A stretch of 64,000 nt of DNA from NCBI GenBank assembly GCA_951406725.2, contig OX597816.1, forward strand, positions 128,464,001 through 128,528,000, written 5' to 3'. Positions 26,640 through 39,801 of the stretch are shown piece by piece. The position numbers and the translations under genes are program-made. Each line of letters begins with the position of its first letter. The stretch's first letter is position 1. This stretch comes from Octopus vulgaris (lineage: Eukaryota). The notes under the pieces were generated by a model. It was given only the letters and a program-made list of their open reading frames with translations. It was not told the origin of the DNA and ran no database searches.

Positions 26640-27185
26640 TCTATTATATAAAATTCATTCTATCTGTCTGTGTGTCTTCTAGGATCTCGGGCATCCTCCA
26701 TCTGATTATGCTCAAATTTGATATGTAGATACCGACGATATCAGGGCATGTATAAGTCTTGAAAAAATGACAAAAATTGACCCCAGATGAGAATGCAATC
26801 GATAAAGCTGTGGGAACGTGCATTTGTACGGGCAAGTACATCAGCTGTTGCAATCGATACTATACATACGTGAGAAAAATGCATGTGCAGTTTCTGCAAA
26901 AAAAGCTGGCTGGTTTGAAATAATGCCACAAAATGCAGTATATTTAAGTGACCAAAAAAGAAAGATGCAAAAAAGATATTTGCTTCAAACTTGGCATGAA
27001 GGAAGCAAAGACTATTTGGTTTCTCAAGAAGTTTTCTTTTCGCCTTAACTTCATTTAACAAATCCAAAAGTTTTATTGAAATAAAGGGATGCTTAATTAA
27101 TTTTTAATGAAAAGAAAACACAGATTGCTTTTTATTCTGCAGATATGATTCAGCACCGTCCATTGGACAGGGGGCGTTTTGCTCG
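26640..27185 (+). mobile_element. Non-autonomous Helitron, complete
   Basis: A|TCTATTATATAAAA 5' end. Subterminal hairpin CCGTCCA-T-TGGACAGG, then CTCG|T (degenerate CTAG) about 10 nt later. A|T insertion site, no TSD. Confidence 0.8.
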
Positions 27186-27204
27186 TATATATATACATAC
27201 ACAC

Positions 27205-27235
<31 letters not shown>

Positions 27236-27325
27236 TATACATACATATATACATATAATAACTATATTTATATATTATTTATATACTCTTTACTCTATTT
27301 ACTCTTTTTACTTGTTTCAGATGCA

Positions 27326-27404
27326 TGTCTTCTGCTATAGCCCCGGGCTGACCAATGCCTTGTGAGTGGATTTGGTAGACGGAAACTGAAAGAAGCCTGT
27401 CGTA

Positions 27405-27447
<43 letters not shown>

Positions 27448-27656
27448 ATGTGTTTGTGTGTCTGTGTTTGTCCCCTAGCATTGCTTGACAACCGATGCTG
27501 GTGTGTTTACGTCCCTGTCACTTAGCGGTTCGGCAAAAGAGACTGATAGAATAAGTACTGGGCTTACAAAGAATAAGTCCCGGGGTCGATTTGCTTGACT
27601 AAAGGCGGTGCTCCAGCATGGCTGCAGTCAAATGACTGAAACAAGTAAAAGAGTAA
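27326..27656 (+). mobile_element. SINE family A, 5'-truncated, young
   Basis: Near-consensus body and tail, preceded by an inverted tail stub. Confidence 0.9.
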
Positions 27657-29168
27657 TATGAGTATGTGTGTGTGGATACATATACATGTGTGTGTGTGTA
27701 TCTATGTATGTATGTACACGCATATATATGCATGTCTGACTACACACATAAATACATATGTATATTTTTAGAGACGTTATGTGTGTGTGTATGTCTCTCT
27801 CTCTCTATATATATATTTATATATTAATTATATAGATATATATATAAATACAGGCACACACACACAGAGGCACCCCACCACCATCACCACACACATACAC
27901 ACACAGAGGCACCCCACCACCATCACCACACACATGATAGTTTCTGTCTACTAAATTTTATTCAGAAAACATTGGTCAGCCAATGCTGGCTAGAAGAGAC
28001 ATGCTGAAAAATGCCATGCAGTGTGAAGTGAATGCTTCTGGTTAACTATACTTGAATATTCAACCTCACATATTTACTATAAAAAAAAACTGGCATGTTT
28101 ATCCATTTATATTTTTGTACTTGTTTTTTTTTTGTTTTACTCTTTTACATCCAATTTCCCATACTTGTATGGGTGATATGGCTTTCGCCAAAGTAATTGC
28201 CTTTTTATCTGGATACTTTATAGGGCTAAGCTACAAAGTAGGAGTATATCCATTTTACTCAGGAGTCAGGCAACTGGAATAAACCTTGTTTTGGGATAAA
28301 GCACAAAGACTGTAATAAGATATGAACTTTTGATCATGTAATATGCCATTAGTCCAACAGATTCACCCTTATGGTAATTGTACCTTATTTTTGAATATGA
28401 TAAACATCTTTTTAATACACAGAATAACCCAAATATTAATTTTCTTTTTCCTTTTTGCATCAAAAAACTGAGAATCCACCACTATGTTTAGTGAGGCATT
28501 ATAATCAAGTATACATACTAACACTGGAGTTCAGCTTTACATAAATTACTTTTATATATTTTATTCATTATCCAATTCAACAAGGGCACTGTGGTTGATT
28601 GGATGAGGTTCTGCTGCTACTGCTGCTGCTTTTGGTTGTAACATTATTCTGATTACCTCAGTCTGGTTAATTGAGAAAATCTGCTTCTACAAATTCACTG
28701 ATGGATAGCTAGCAATAATTATATTCCAACCACCAATTTGTAGATAAATATATAAATTTGCAAACTCCATTCTGCCAACATTAGCATAATTAAAGAGGTT
28801 AAACGATGATTAAGTTAGGCATTTAACTAATCCTCCACCTCCTCATCGTCCACCTCCTCCTCCTCCTCCTCATCATCATCATCATCACCATCACCATATC
28901 ATTATCATCATCATTATCAGTTTTCGATGCTGAAATGGTTTTGGTGGGGAAAAAATATGCTGTATGATTATGTTATCTTGAGTCCTGTGCAGAAATTCAC
29001 TTCGAGGCAAGAATTCAATTCTCTTCGTAGTCACACTATTTTCTAACAGATGATGACATACACATGCTCAATCTTGGTATTATCAACCACATTAATCTCA
29101 TAAGTCTGGAAGAATTTGAACAAGTCATGGCCTCTGTGTTTTTATTGTAACTCATTGAAAATAGAAAA

Positions 29169-29217
<49 letters not shown>

Positions 29218-29304
29218 GAATCAGGCACTTAAATATGTTGGAAACAGCTGCAGTGAATTGACACTTTATCTATCTGCTGCTATTTATTTATGTATATATA
29301 TATA

Positions 29305-29470
29305 AAGTTCAAATTTATAGAAAAACAAAGATGAAGACAGGTGTAGGAAAGCAAGCAAGTGTATTGGTATTACACTCGGGAAAAATGGAAAAGTCTTTTA
29401 CATTTCAAGCCTATACTCTTCGATAGTAAAGGAATAAGGGGAAATAAATAGAGCGAAAATACGGAAAAAA
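29305..29470 (-). repeat. Second copy of the Penelope-like hammerhead repeat
   Basis: Aligns with 22112-22268. Minus strand: CTTTA CTATCGA A GAGT-ATAG-GCTT GAAA TGTA AAAG. Confidence 0.6.
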
Positions 29471-29471
29471 G

Positions 29472-30179
29472 TATACAGTGAAGATTAACGTTTTAGAGTG
29501 CAATGGTGGGTTTGGGTAGTGTTTAGGTGACTCTCCTGCATCTAATTGCTGTCGTGTTCTCCTGCTGTTGTCAAAGAGTATTCATTTCTCATCACAAGTA
29601 ATAATTTGATGCAAAAATGGTCTTTTTCCATTCGAGAAAGCAGTAATGAGCACACTTCGAGGTGTCAGTTTTTTTGTTTTTTTTTAAATCTCATTCAGTT
29701 GATGTGGAACAAACCTATCTGTTTTCTTCACTTTTCCAATCTTTTACAGGTGTCAAAAAACAGTTGTGTGAGATGATTGGAGTTCTGATGACAGTTTTGA
29801 AACCTTTGTTCTCAGATTTTGTTCAAACAAAACATTTAATCCATCATCATGCCGAATAACTGATTTTGGCCTACCCCTTGGTTTATTTTCAAGGCTATCA
29901 TCTCTTGAACAAGACCTTTGGAACTATCTCTGAACAGTTCTGATGTCAACAAAACCATTACCAAAGGCCCACTTGATATTCTATAGAACTTCTGTGGTAG
30001 AGTGACCCAGTTTGTACTCATACAAGAAAAATCACTCAACATAGTGGGTATGAATTTTGTATACCAATATTGTTGGGAAAGAAAAAGAGTCAAGATTAAA
30101 TGTAAGATATACATAATTGAGTTTTTAAATGACTGAAATAAGTAATTAAAAATGTGACATTTCATGTGAAACAACCTTA
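29472..30179 (-). mobile_element. Mariner transposon, decayed 5' half
   Basis: One TIR-like end, TA|TAAGGTTGTTTCACATGAAATG. Pseudo-ORF YEYKLGHSTTEV...LENKPRGRPKS...GKVKKTDRFVPHQL...FLHQIITCDEK*ILFDNSRR. Confidence 0.88.
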
Positions 30180-30211
30180 TATATATATGTGTGTGTGTAT
30201 ATATATATTTA

Positions 30212-30268
<57 letters not shown>

Positions 30269-31804
30269 CTAAACACCCACCCGTGCACACATGCACACAC
30301 ACACACATACATATATACTCATGCTCTGAGTTCTGCTTTTACTGTTTGTATTACCAAACATATATGAAATTTCTCATATGAAATAGGTTATTTTGTTGTA
30401 CTATCTAAGGAGGAGGATAGATCTAATGTGTTGGCTGTTTTGACTAATTAGCTATAAACATTTCTTTGAATCTACTATAAGTAAATTCCTAAAATTTATG
30501 ATTTTTTTGTAGTTTTGATTCCTGATTCCCTTGGAATTTTACTGACATGCAAGCTGACAAGGAAGTAATTAATCTCTGAACTGCTTAAAACTGAAAGAAT
30601 ATATAATAATGAGCTTCTTTTGTTTTATTTATTTGATATTGGTATTAGTGAACAAAGGCAACTGTTAGATTGTTAGTTACAGGTTTCCAGAAGGTCATTC
30701 ACTGGACCAATCATTGGTTCACTGCAGTTCTAATAGACGGAGTAACAACAGAGTACATGCTATTTGGTGCAGATCAAATGTTGCATAGAATGTTGCTCAA
30801 AGAGTGTCAGTGTCTGGGTTTTCTCAATGATTTTCACAATATCCACCAAAAGATATACATACACACATAGAAAGTGCATGTACACACACACATATACATA
30901 TTTACATACATACGCAAATATATAAACATACACACATATACACTGCTCTCATCATATTTATTCTGATTCTTCTATTTGTCATGATTTGGGTGAGCCTAAT
31001 TTTGAGGCTATATTTTATGACTGGATGCTCTTCCTGGCTCATTCCCTTTCCATCAGCTTTTGTTACATGTCAGGATATAGTACATATATTCTAAAAAAGG
31101 AATATACATAGACATATTCCAGCTTTAGAATTAGATAACACAAGGTGCTTCATAAAGTTCCCAGATTGCAGATACTGCAACTGTAGTGTTTAACAGAATT
31201 GTATGTTTGTCTGTGCTACTGGCAATCATTCATAGCTAGCTTATTGAGTAGACCAGCATATATGCTCCATTCTATTTATATGCATTCAATAATTATTTGA
31301 AGTTTTAAGGTAGAGAGCTGGCAGAATCTTTAGCACACTCAGCAAAATGCTTAGTGGCATTTTGTCAATCTTTACATTCAGAGTTCAAATTCAACTGAGG
31401 TTGACTTTACCTTTCATCCTTATGGGGTTGATAAAATAAGTACCAGTTGAATACTGAGGCTGATGTAATCCACTTAATTCATAGCATGACCACATAAAAT
31501 TTTGAAAGGTTTTGAAATGTTTTATCAGTGTTTTTGGTGAACATGTATTAGGTTGAACAGAGGTTTTGAATGATGTGGTCATTCTGAGGCTGGTAGAGTG
31601 TCCTTTCAAGTGGATGAGTATTCAATGTGACCTGCAGTGGAATTGAGTCCAAAATGGCATAGCTGTGAAGCAAACCTCTTAACAACACAGCCATGCCCAT
31701 GTCAAGACACGTCTATTTTTATAGAGATATTAATCCAATTTTTGACCTAGTACTATGAGAAAATAGATGTGAAATTGTTTGAACATTTAGTTGGTTGATA
31801 ATCC

Positions 31805-31992
31805 TTTCTACTATAGACACTAGGCCTGAAATTGTGAGGGAGGAGTTAAGTCGATCACAACGAGCACAACTGGTACTAATTTGATTGACCCCAAAAGGAT
31901 GAAAGGTAGAATTTGAACTCAGAATGTAAGGATGGATGAAATATCACTAAGCATTTTGCCCAGCATGCTAACAATTCTGCCTGCTCACCGCC
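31805..31992 (-). mobile_element. SINE family B
   Basis: Reverse-complement family B; an opposite-orientation partial copy lies at 31307-31472. Confidence 0.8.
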
Positions 31993-32489
31993 ACTTTGTG
32001 GGTTAATAATGATTTCAAATTTTACTCTCATTATTCTGTTTCTACAACCACCACCACCACCACCAATATCATCATCTTTTTTTTTATTATATTTGGAAAC
32101 TTTTTAAAATGCCTGAAAATGTTTTGTCTGACAAGAATTCCAAGACTCTAATAAATCATTTCTTTGGTGAGTTCAGCAGCCTTTGACAAAACATCTTGCT
32201 AATTACATTTTCTTGTTGCCAACACTAAAGCGCCATGCTGTATTCTAGCTAGCATCTTGTCATATCTGGGTCAAAAGAAAAAAAGAGAAAACACACTCAA
32301 TATGAATATATATATAACAAACAGCCAACCATAGAACTGATTATTAATACTGCAAAGCATGTATGAGAAACTCCATGTAGCATTCCTGAGTTAGTCATGT
32401 TGATGTTATTGGTGTTGCTTAGAACTGATTGATAGCCTTGTTAGAGCAAATTATCCTCAAAAGTTTTCCAGCAATGCCTATCTCATACT

Positions 32490-33220
32490 TGTTTGTCATT
32501 GAACTGCGGCCATGCTGGGACCCTGTCTTGAAAGGTTTTAGCTGAACAAATTGCCCCTAGTAATTATTTTTTTAAAGACCGGTACTAATTCTATTGATCT
32601 CTTTGCTGAACTGCGATGTTACTGTGATGTAAACAAACCAACACCAGCATTTAAGCAATGGTGGGAGACAAGCACATACACAAGGACACACACACACACA
32701 TGTATATGTATGTGTATGGTATGTCATGGACTCTCCTGTCATTAGACAATGTATGAGGGTTCGGCAATTTCTTGCTGAACAATCACACAGATGATTTGTT
32801 TATAGTGATAAAATGCTTGTGTTTACATAAGCACACTCCCTCCATCAAATCAACATTACCTGTACAAGTGCACTATGTGCCACGTGTCAGATGACAAAAT
32901 GATTGCAGAGCAATGTGAAATGAAGTTCTTTGCTCAAGAACACAACACAATGTCTGACCTGGGAATCAAAACCACGATTTCACAATCATGAGTGCAACAC
33001 CCTAACCCCTGAGTCGTGTACCTGGTATATATATATATATATGTATACACACACACACCACAAGCTTCTTTCAGTTTCCATCAACCGAGTCTACTCACAA
33101 GAATTTGGTTGGCCTAGAGTTATAGCAGAAGACACTTGCTCAAGGTATCACACAATGAGACTGAATCTGAAACTATTTGATTGAAAAGCAAACTACTCAC
33201 CACAGAGACACACCTGTACC
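32490..33220 (-). mobile_element. SINE family A interrupted by a family C-headed SINE (about 32710-33025)
   Basis: Family A tail and body at 32490-32700, head at 33060-33220. The insert carries TTTGCTCAAGAACACAAC and a tRNA-like head in reverse. Confidence 0.75.
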
Positions 33221-34509
33221 TAATTAGGATTCTGTTATCCTAAGGGTCCTAAATAAAGTGTAATTTGAGGTATGCTTGGTTACTTTGTCTAAAATATCAA
33301 ACAATCAAAGAAATTGTTTGATATTTCCTCACTGGCTCATGAGCTAGGCATGTAGAATTGATTTGAGATCTTCCTGTAGATACAACAATGTATCTGCAAC
33401 AGATGTTATAACTCGTGAAATGTAAACTACTGATTATTTTAATTGTTCTAGGAATAAAGGATAATTAGTTGTAATGTGTCCATCTATATTCTCCTCCAGA
33501 CAGATAAATGAGCCAAAAGGAAAGCCTCTACTTGGTCACTCGATCTTCTTGATATAGCAGCCAAATCTCCCTCAAAAAGATAGAAAAATAAACACTGAAT
33601 AATGTAGTCATAGATATAATATGTATGGCGAGAGAAAACAGGATGATAATGGCTAGAACTTTATGAACAAAGGACTACTGGATCAAGGTTTGATTTGGAG
33701 CAAACCACCAACCCCACCACCGACAACAATAAAAAATCCAGCTTGATAAATGTACCAGCTGGTCCTATGTTACTTCAACATAAATATGCCTGATCTGAAT
33801 AGATTTAGAATTCAGTAAGTCAGAACACTTAGTTTAAAAGTAACCTTAATCAGACACTCAACAAGACAGGTTATTATCACCAAAACAAGCTGTGTTTTTT
33901 TCACAATGAATAGATTACACATGCATGTATCAGAACTGTTAAGCTTAGAAAATAAAAGATTAAAGACAGTCTGAAAATGTGTTTAGTACATTCAGTATCT
34001 AATCTCTATATCCACTTCAAGTTCCTCTCGCAAATGAACTTCTAAACAGATATTTATCAGAAGAGGGAGGTAAAAAAAAAAAAATGCAATTTCTTATTCT
34101 GTTAGCAAGATGTATATCCACACGGATGTGTGTATATGTACATATTTTTGTTTGGCTGTATGTTTGTGAGATAATGTGAGTGTATACATGAGAAAATAAA
34201 CATAAAATTTGTGCAGATGTACATATCTAGTCAGAGACAAGCTATAGATCAGTGTACAATTGTTTGCATATATATATGTTAGTTTGATGAGGTATTCAGA
34301 AATATTTATCAAACACACACACACACAAACACGCACTCTCTCTCTCTCGCCCTCTCTTTCATGCACACAAACATGCACAAAACGCAAATGCATATAATTT
34401 CAAGTACATAACATCTAATAACAACATCATACTCAGTCACAACTGAAACAGTATATGTATGTGTCTCTGTAGGTGTTTGTTTACACACCCACCAGTCCAC
34501 ACCCCACTA

Positions 34510-34545
<36 letters not shown>

Positions 34546-35749
34546 ATATATATGTATGCATACATATATGCAGGATTTACTGTGTGATAAGTTGTTTACT
34601 TCTCATCCATGTTTCTGGGTTCAATTCATCTGCATGGCACCTTGGGCCAGGGTCTTCTACTATAGTCCCAGGCTGACCGAAACATAGAGAGTGGATCTGC
34701 TAGACAGAGGCTATAGTAGAAGACACTTGCCCAAGTGGAACTGAACCCAGAACCATGTGGTTGGGAAGCAAGCTTCTTATCACACACCCACTCCTGCGCC
34801 TATTATATATATACATGTATATATATATATATGTATGTATATAAATTTATAAATGCATGTGTGTTTGTGTGCTATGTCCACGGTGTGGTGCAAACAACAG
34901 TCAAGAATTCATACACACACACACACATATACATGAATACACTCACAGATGCAAACACACACATACACAGACATGCACACACACAAACAGACACACACAT
35001 ACTCACATTTGTACATGCTAGCTTTGAATCATTTACAATGCTCACTGAAAAATCTTAGATTAGTGGCAGACTTTGATTCTCTCTCTTTCTCTCTTCTTCA
35101 ATTCGTTTCATCAATAAGGAACTTTCCTCTTAATTTTATTTTCCATTCCTTTGAGATATTTTATGTCCTTTTTATAATATATTTCCATTTTTATTGCCTC
35201 TGACATTTGTTTTCTTCAAGTGTTAAATATTTAGCTACTTGCTTCCCCCGAATGGACAAAGTCACAAAATGAGTGCCTAATTACAAAGATTTGAGTTAAT
35301 ATATCATGATTAAAAGCTTTAGTTTATGCTTCGTTCTAAGTAAATAAGTAAATAAATAAATAAATATAAATCTTCCATTCTAGATTCCTAAATTTTGATT
35401 GTTTCTAGAGAGAATTCTTTTATATAATTTTTGGTAGTTTCAGCTGAAGTTTACTTGCAGTTGTGTTTTATTCTTTTTATAGACTTGTATAAATCCTCCT
35501 TACATGTGTGTGTGTGTGTGTATGTGTGCGAATGGGTGATGAATAGATACTCTAAAAAAACGGGCAGGTTTTTATGGATATAAAATACATGCACTTACAA
35601 CTGCTCAAAAATCAATACATTCAATCAAATGCGTATGTACTTGTTCACTAGTTTATATACAAGTCTATGGTTGTGTGTGCCTCTGTTTCTGTATGGTTGT
35701 GTATGCCTCTGTGTGTGTGCATTTTCACTTGAAAATAATCATTTCCTTA

Positions 35750-36135
35750 ACAAGCTCACTGGCTAATTGTGATGTCAGTGCCTGTTCTGGTACTGTTTTT
35801 CTATATATCGCTAGCCAAGAGATGAGTTGCTACTACCTCATCATTCACAAGACCAAGGAAGGTTGAAATCACGTGATTTGGTGGACTCTGCTCTGAAGAC
35901 AGCATGGATTTGTCTCCCTGCTAGTGATATAAACAAGAGTGCACTTTGCACCAAAAGCCAATATGAGTGTTTCTCTCATGGTAACTACCACAGTATAGTT
36001 TGTTCTAACAGAACAATCTCACTGGCTAATCGTGACTCCAGCATCTGTTCTGGTACTGTTTTCAATATATCACTGGTAGGGAGGTGAGTCACTGCTATCT
36101 CTAGCAGTTAAACATCCATCATTGACGAGACCAAG
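35750..36135 (+). repeat. ~278-bp tandem repeat (about 1.4 units) carrying a type I hammerhead; retrozyme- or Penelope-terminal-repeat-like
   Basis: Diverged direct repeats at 35750-35857 and 36013-36135. Hammerhead fold at 35839-35885; its 5' half recurs at 36115-36135. Confidence 0.7.
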
Positions 36136-37277
36136 CATTAAATAATCCATAAACAGATGATTCTATTCAATTCTTTCCCAGTAAGCATCCTTTTTGTAGA
36201 GTTTTTAGTATAATCAACAATAGGAGAATCAAAACTATTGAAAGGGTTGCAAGACGCAATGAAAATTTTAGAAAAATAAGGAAATGAGTGGAAATTTTAC
36301 CTGTGAGTGTGTTAAATTATAAGGCAATGAAAGAGAATGACTCTCCCCAGACACAACAGATTATAGATTATTATTATATTTTTATTATTATTATCCATTT
36401 ATTTTTATTATTATCATCATTATCATCACTATTATTTTTACCATAATTATTTATTCTTATTTTTTTATCTGTTTTATTTCATTTATCCCTACTTGTATGA
36501 GTGGGTTGATAACGTTTTTTCCCAATTGAGTGATGTCCTTTTCTATCGCCAACTACTCAGTACTAAAGTATAAATGGAAGCTTATTAGTCAGACCGAAGC
36601 AAACAGAATTAAAAGTCACCTCCTTTTTTCTGTGGCCATACAACATATGAGTAGTAGTTGTGTTTAAGCCTTATGGACATGCTGCTTGTGAGTTTAAACC
36701 TAAACTACTTCCACCACCACCACCACCACCACCACCACTACCACTACCACTACCACTATACTACTACTACTACACATCAATGTTTGATGACTCATAGTTT
36801 TGCAAAAATAAATAAAAAAAAATAACAAAAGTTGACCATAATAAATTTCTGAATTTAAAAAAAAAAAACTTAATGGAGACCTGGTACCAAAATGCTAAAG
36901 AATTGCAAAATTAGTCTGGGTCAATACCAAAGTGGTTTGTTGTCTTATCAGATAAAATAGTAATTAGGTCTAGTGAAGGATTCCAGTTTAAGTGCACCAG
37001 TTCCCCCTTTGCTTAATATAGATTATATTCAGAGTTCAGTCTTATCAGGATATATTGACCACAGAGACTTATAATATTTATTTATTAGACATACAAAAAT
37101 CATGATTTTTGTAAAGATACGTACAGTTAGCTTAATCAATGCCAGCACATGATTGGTACATTGTTTATCGACTCCAAAAGAAATGAAAGACCAAAATCAT
37201 TCCTAGTACTCTGATTTGAACCCACAACATAGTGATAGATCTAAATGCGAAAATTATTTAATCTAACATTCTGCTAT

Positions 37278-37790
37278 AGGTGCAGGCATGGCTGTGAGGT
37301 GGAAAGGCTTACTTCCCAACCCTATATTCACTAGTTCAGTCTCACTGCACAGCACCTTGGGCAAATACTTTGTGCTATAGCTTCAGGTCAACCAAAACCT
37401 TGTGAATGAACTTTTGAAGATGAAAACTGAAAGAAACCTATCATATATATATATATGTATATGTGTGAGTGTTAGTATGTGTATTTCCATGTGTGTGTTT
37501 GTGTGTGTGTTTTTGTGTATGTGTGCATGTCTGTATGTGCGTGTGTATATGTGTGTGTGTGTATGTGTGTGAGTACTCCTGTCTTGAAATTATGTGATAC
37601 TTATAAACAAGCACCACTATCATATAAGCTATATATTGCTCATTTCCAGTCTTCCATGGAAACCATGTCTAACCATGGGGAAATACTACCTTACTTGCAA
37701 ACAGATGAGGGTTGACGACAGGAAAGGCATATGGTCATAGAAAAATTTACTCAACAAATTCTGTCTGACTCTTGCAAGCATAGAAAAATG
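37278..37790 (+). mobile_element. SINE with a family A head, microsatellite and family D-like 3' body
   Basis: GGTGCAGGCATGGCTGTG head; 3' part GAGGGTTGACGACAGGAAAGGCAT...GCAAGCATAGAAAA. Confidence 0.7.
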
Positions 37791-38107
37791 GTTTTACTAT
37801 TCTACCATTCCCTTGTCTTTTCACAATGCAAAACTTGATATCTAAAAACAGCAGTTTTACATTAACACTACAGAGACAAACATTTCCCTTGGTACAGCCA
37901 TTCTATTTGAAATTGGAATTCTATAAATATTTACAATAACAATTTATTTTTACCATTATTATTTAGTGTCTATCTTAAATCTTCCAACTTTTTATGCAAT
38001 CTTGAACATTCTTTGTATCATTTCTGAAATCATTTCAAGAAGAGGAATTTAACAATGAGTAAACCAGCAGTGACATATAGTTTCACTTGTTCTGCCATCA
38101 TAAAAAT

Positions 38108-38798
38108 GGATACTACACTATGTGTCCATTTCACTTGAATACCTCTGGTCTGGCAAAATCCAATGCAGTGTTCAGATATTTGCTCAAGCCCTTTGACATA
38201 TATTCTGCTAGTTTTATCTCTCATATCAAGCATCAGTGGGATATTTGCTACTCTTTCTTTCCACAATTGTAAATGGGTAGATTTTTTGGAAACATATACA
38301 GGTTTCAGAGATGTATGTGCCTGGCCAGTGATTTGAAAATATTACCTTGCTAGAAAACATGTGAGGGTTGGTGACAAGGAGAGCATCCAGCTACTGAAAA
38401 TCTGATGAATTAAATGTCATCTGAGCCGTGCAAGTATAGAATAGTGGACACTGAAAAGATGATGATGATGATGGCGATGAGGAGGGGGAAGAGGAGGGGA
38501 GGGGGAAGAGGGTAATCAGCATCATCATTGTCCTCATAGAAGTATAATAAGGAAACATATAGTGTCATATGTATCCATTTTACTTGAATACCTCTGGTCT
38601 AGCAAAATCCAGTGCAGTGTTCAGATATTTGCTCTTGCTTTATGTGGAATTCAAGCCCTTTGGCATATATTATGCTAGTTCTATCTTACTATGAAACATC
38701 AGTAGGATATTTGCCACTCTTTCTTTCCACAATTTTAAATGGGTAGATTTTTTGGAAACATCTACAGGTTTCAGAGATGTATATCTGCCAGGCAAATG
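38108..38798 (+). repeat. Local ~220-bp direct duplication around a ~240-bp spacer
   Basis: 38108-38327 and 38568-38795 are clearly alignable (ACTTGAATACCTCTGGTCT...CAGGTTTCAGAGATGTAT). Confidence 0.9.
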
Positions 38799-39801
38799 AT
38801 TTGATCTGGAACAGTGAAATGAAACTAAAATGGTTACAGTGTACACCAAACATATTAGCCTTTTGAAAGCTCACAAAGGCTGTTAACGTTGCTTAAGCAT
38901 CCATTATTTATCATCTGGTGTCAAAAACTTTTGTTACACTGTGCAATGAAAATTTTGACACTAAATAACAAGTAATAAATGTTTAAGTGAAGTTAATAGT
39001 TTTTGTATATTTTTGAATGACTAATATTAATATGTGTCTTCCTTGCTACAATATCGATTTACAGGTTTCTTATGACAAAACATGAGGGATATATATTTAC
39101 GATACTGGGAGAACTGATATTGTGTGGTGGTCAAGGTCAGTCATTTCTTAAGAGGATACTAAAATAAGTCAAACAAGCATTCAAACTTGGTCACAAAGCA
39201 CAGTTAATGAGAAGCTTATTTTTAGAGGCCAACAATTAGTAAGAATTGAAAGTATGGCTGTATGGTAAGAAGTTTGCTTCCCAACCACATGGTCCTGGGT
39301 TCAGTCCCACTGTGTGACTCCTTTGGCAAGTGTTCTCTACTATATCTTCTGGCTGACTATTGGAAAAAGAGATTGATAGAATAAGTACTAGGCTTAAAAT
39401 AAAAATAAGTACTGGGGTTGATGTGGTCAACTAAAAGTCTTCAAGGCAATGGCCAGCATGGCCACAATCTAATAACTGCAACAAGTAAAACATAAAGGAT
39501 AAAAGCTAAATAAATGAATAAATAATAAAAATGAATAAATAAAATATATCTGAATAAGTGAATAATATTATTAAAGGAAAAATATTTATACAGCACCATT
39601 ATCTTGTCTATGAAATCTTTCAAATCAGTCTTGACCAAAATTAGCTAGACAGCAAACTTGCAACACCAAAAACATTTTGAAAATAATAATAGAATGAGTG
39701 GTCAGGACTAGCTAGTAAGAATAGCCAAATATCCCCTACATAATACTCACTATATTGTTTTAAAACAGGAGGAAACACTGAAGAGTATCGTTCTGAATAT
39801 A

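Noticed and set aside
27858-27935. Tandem duplication of about 41 bp
   Set aside because: Ordinary slippage between (CA)n tracts.
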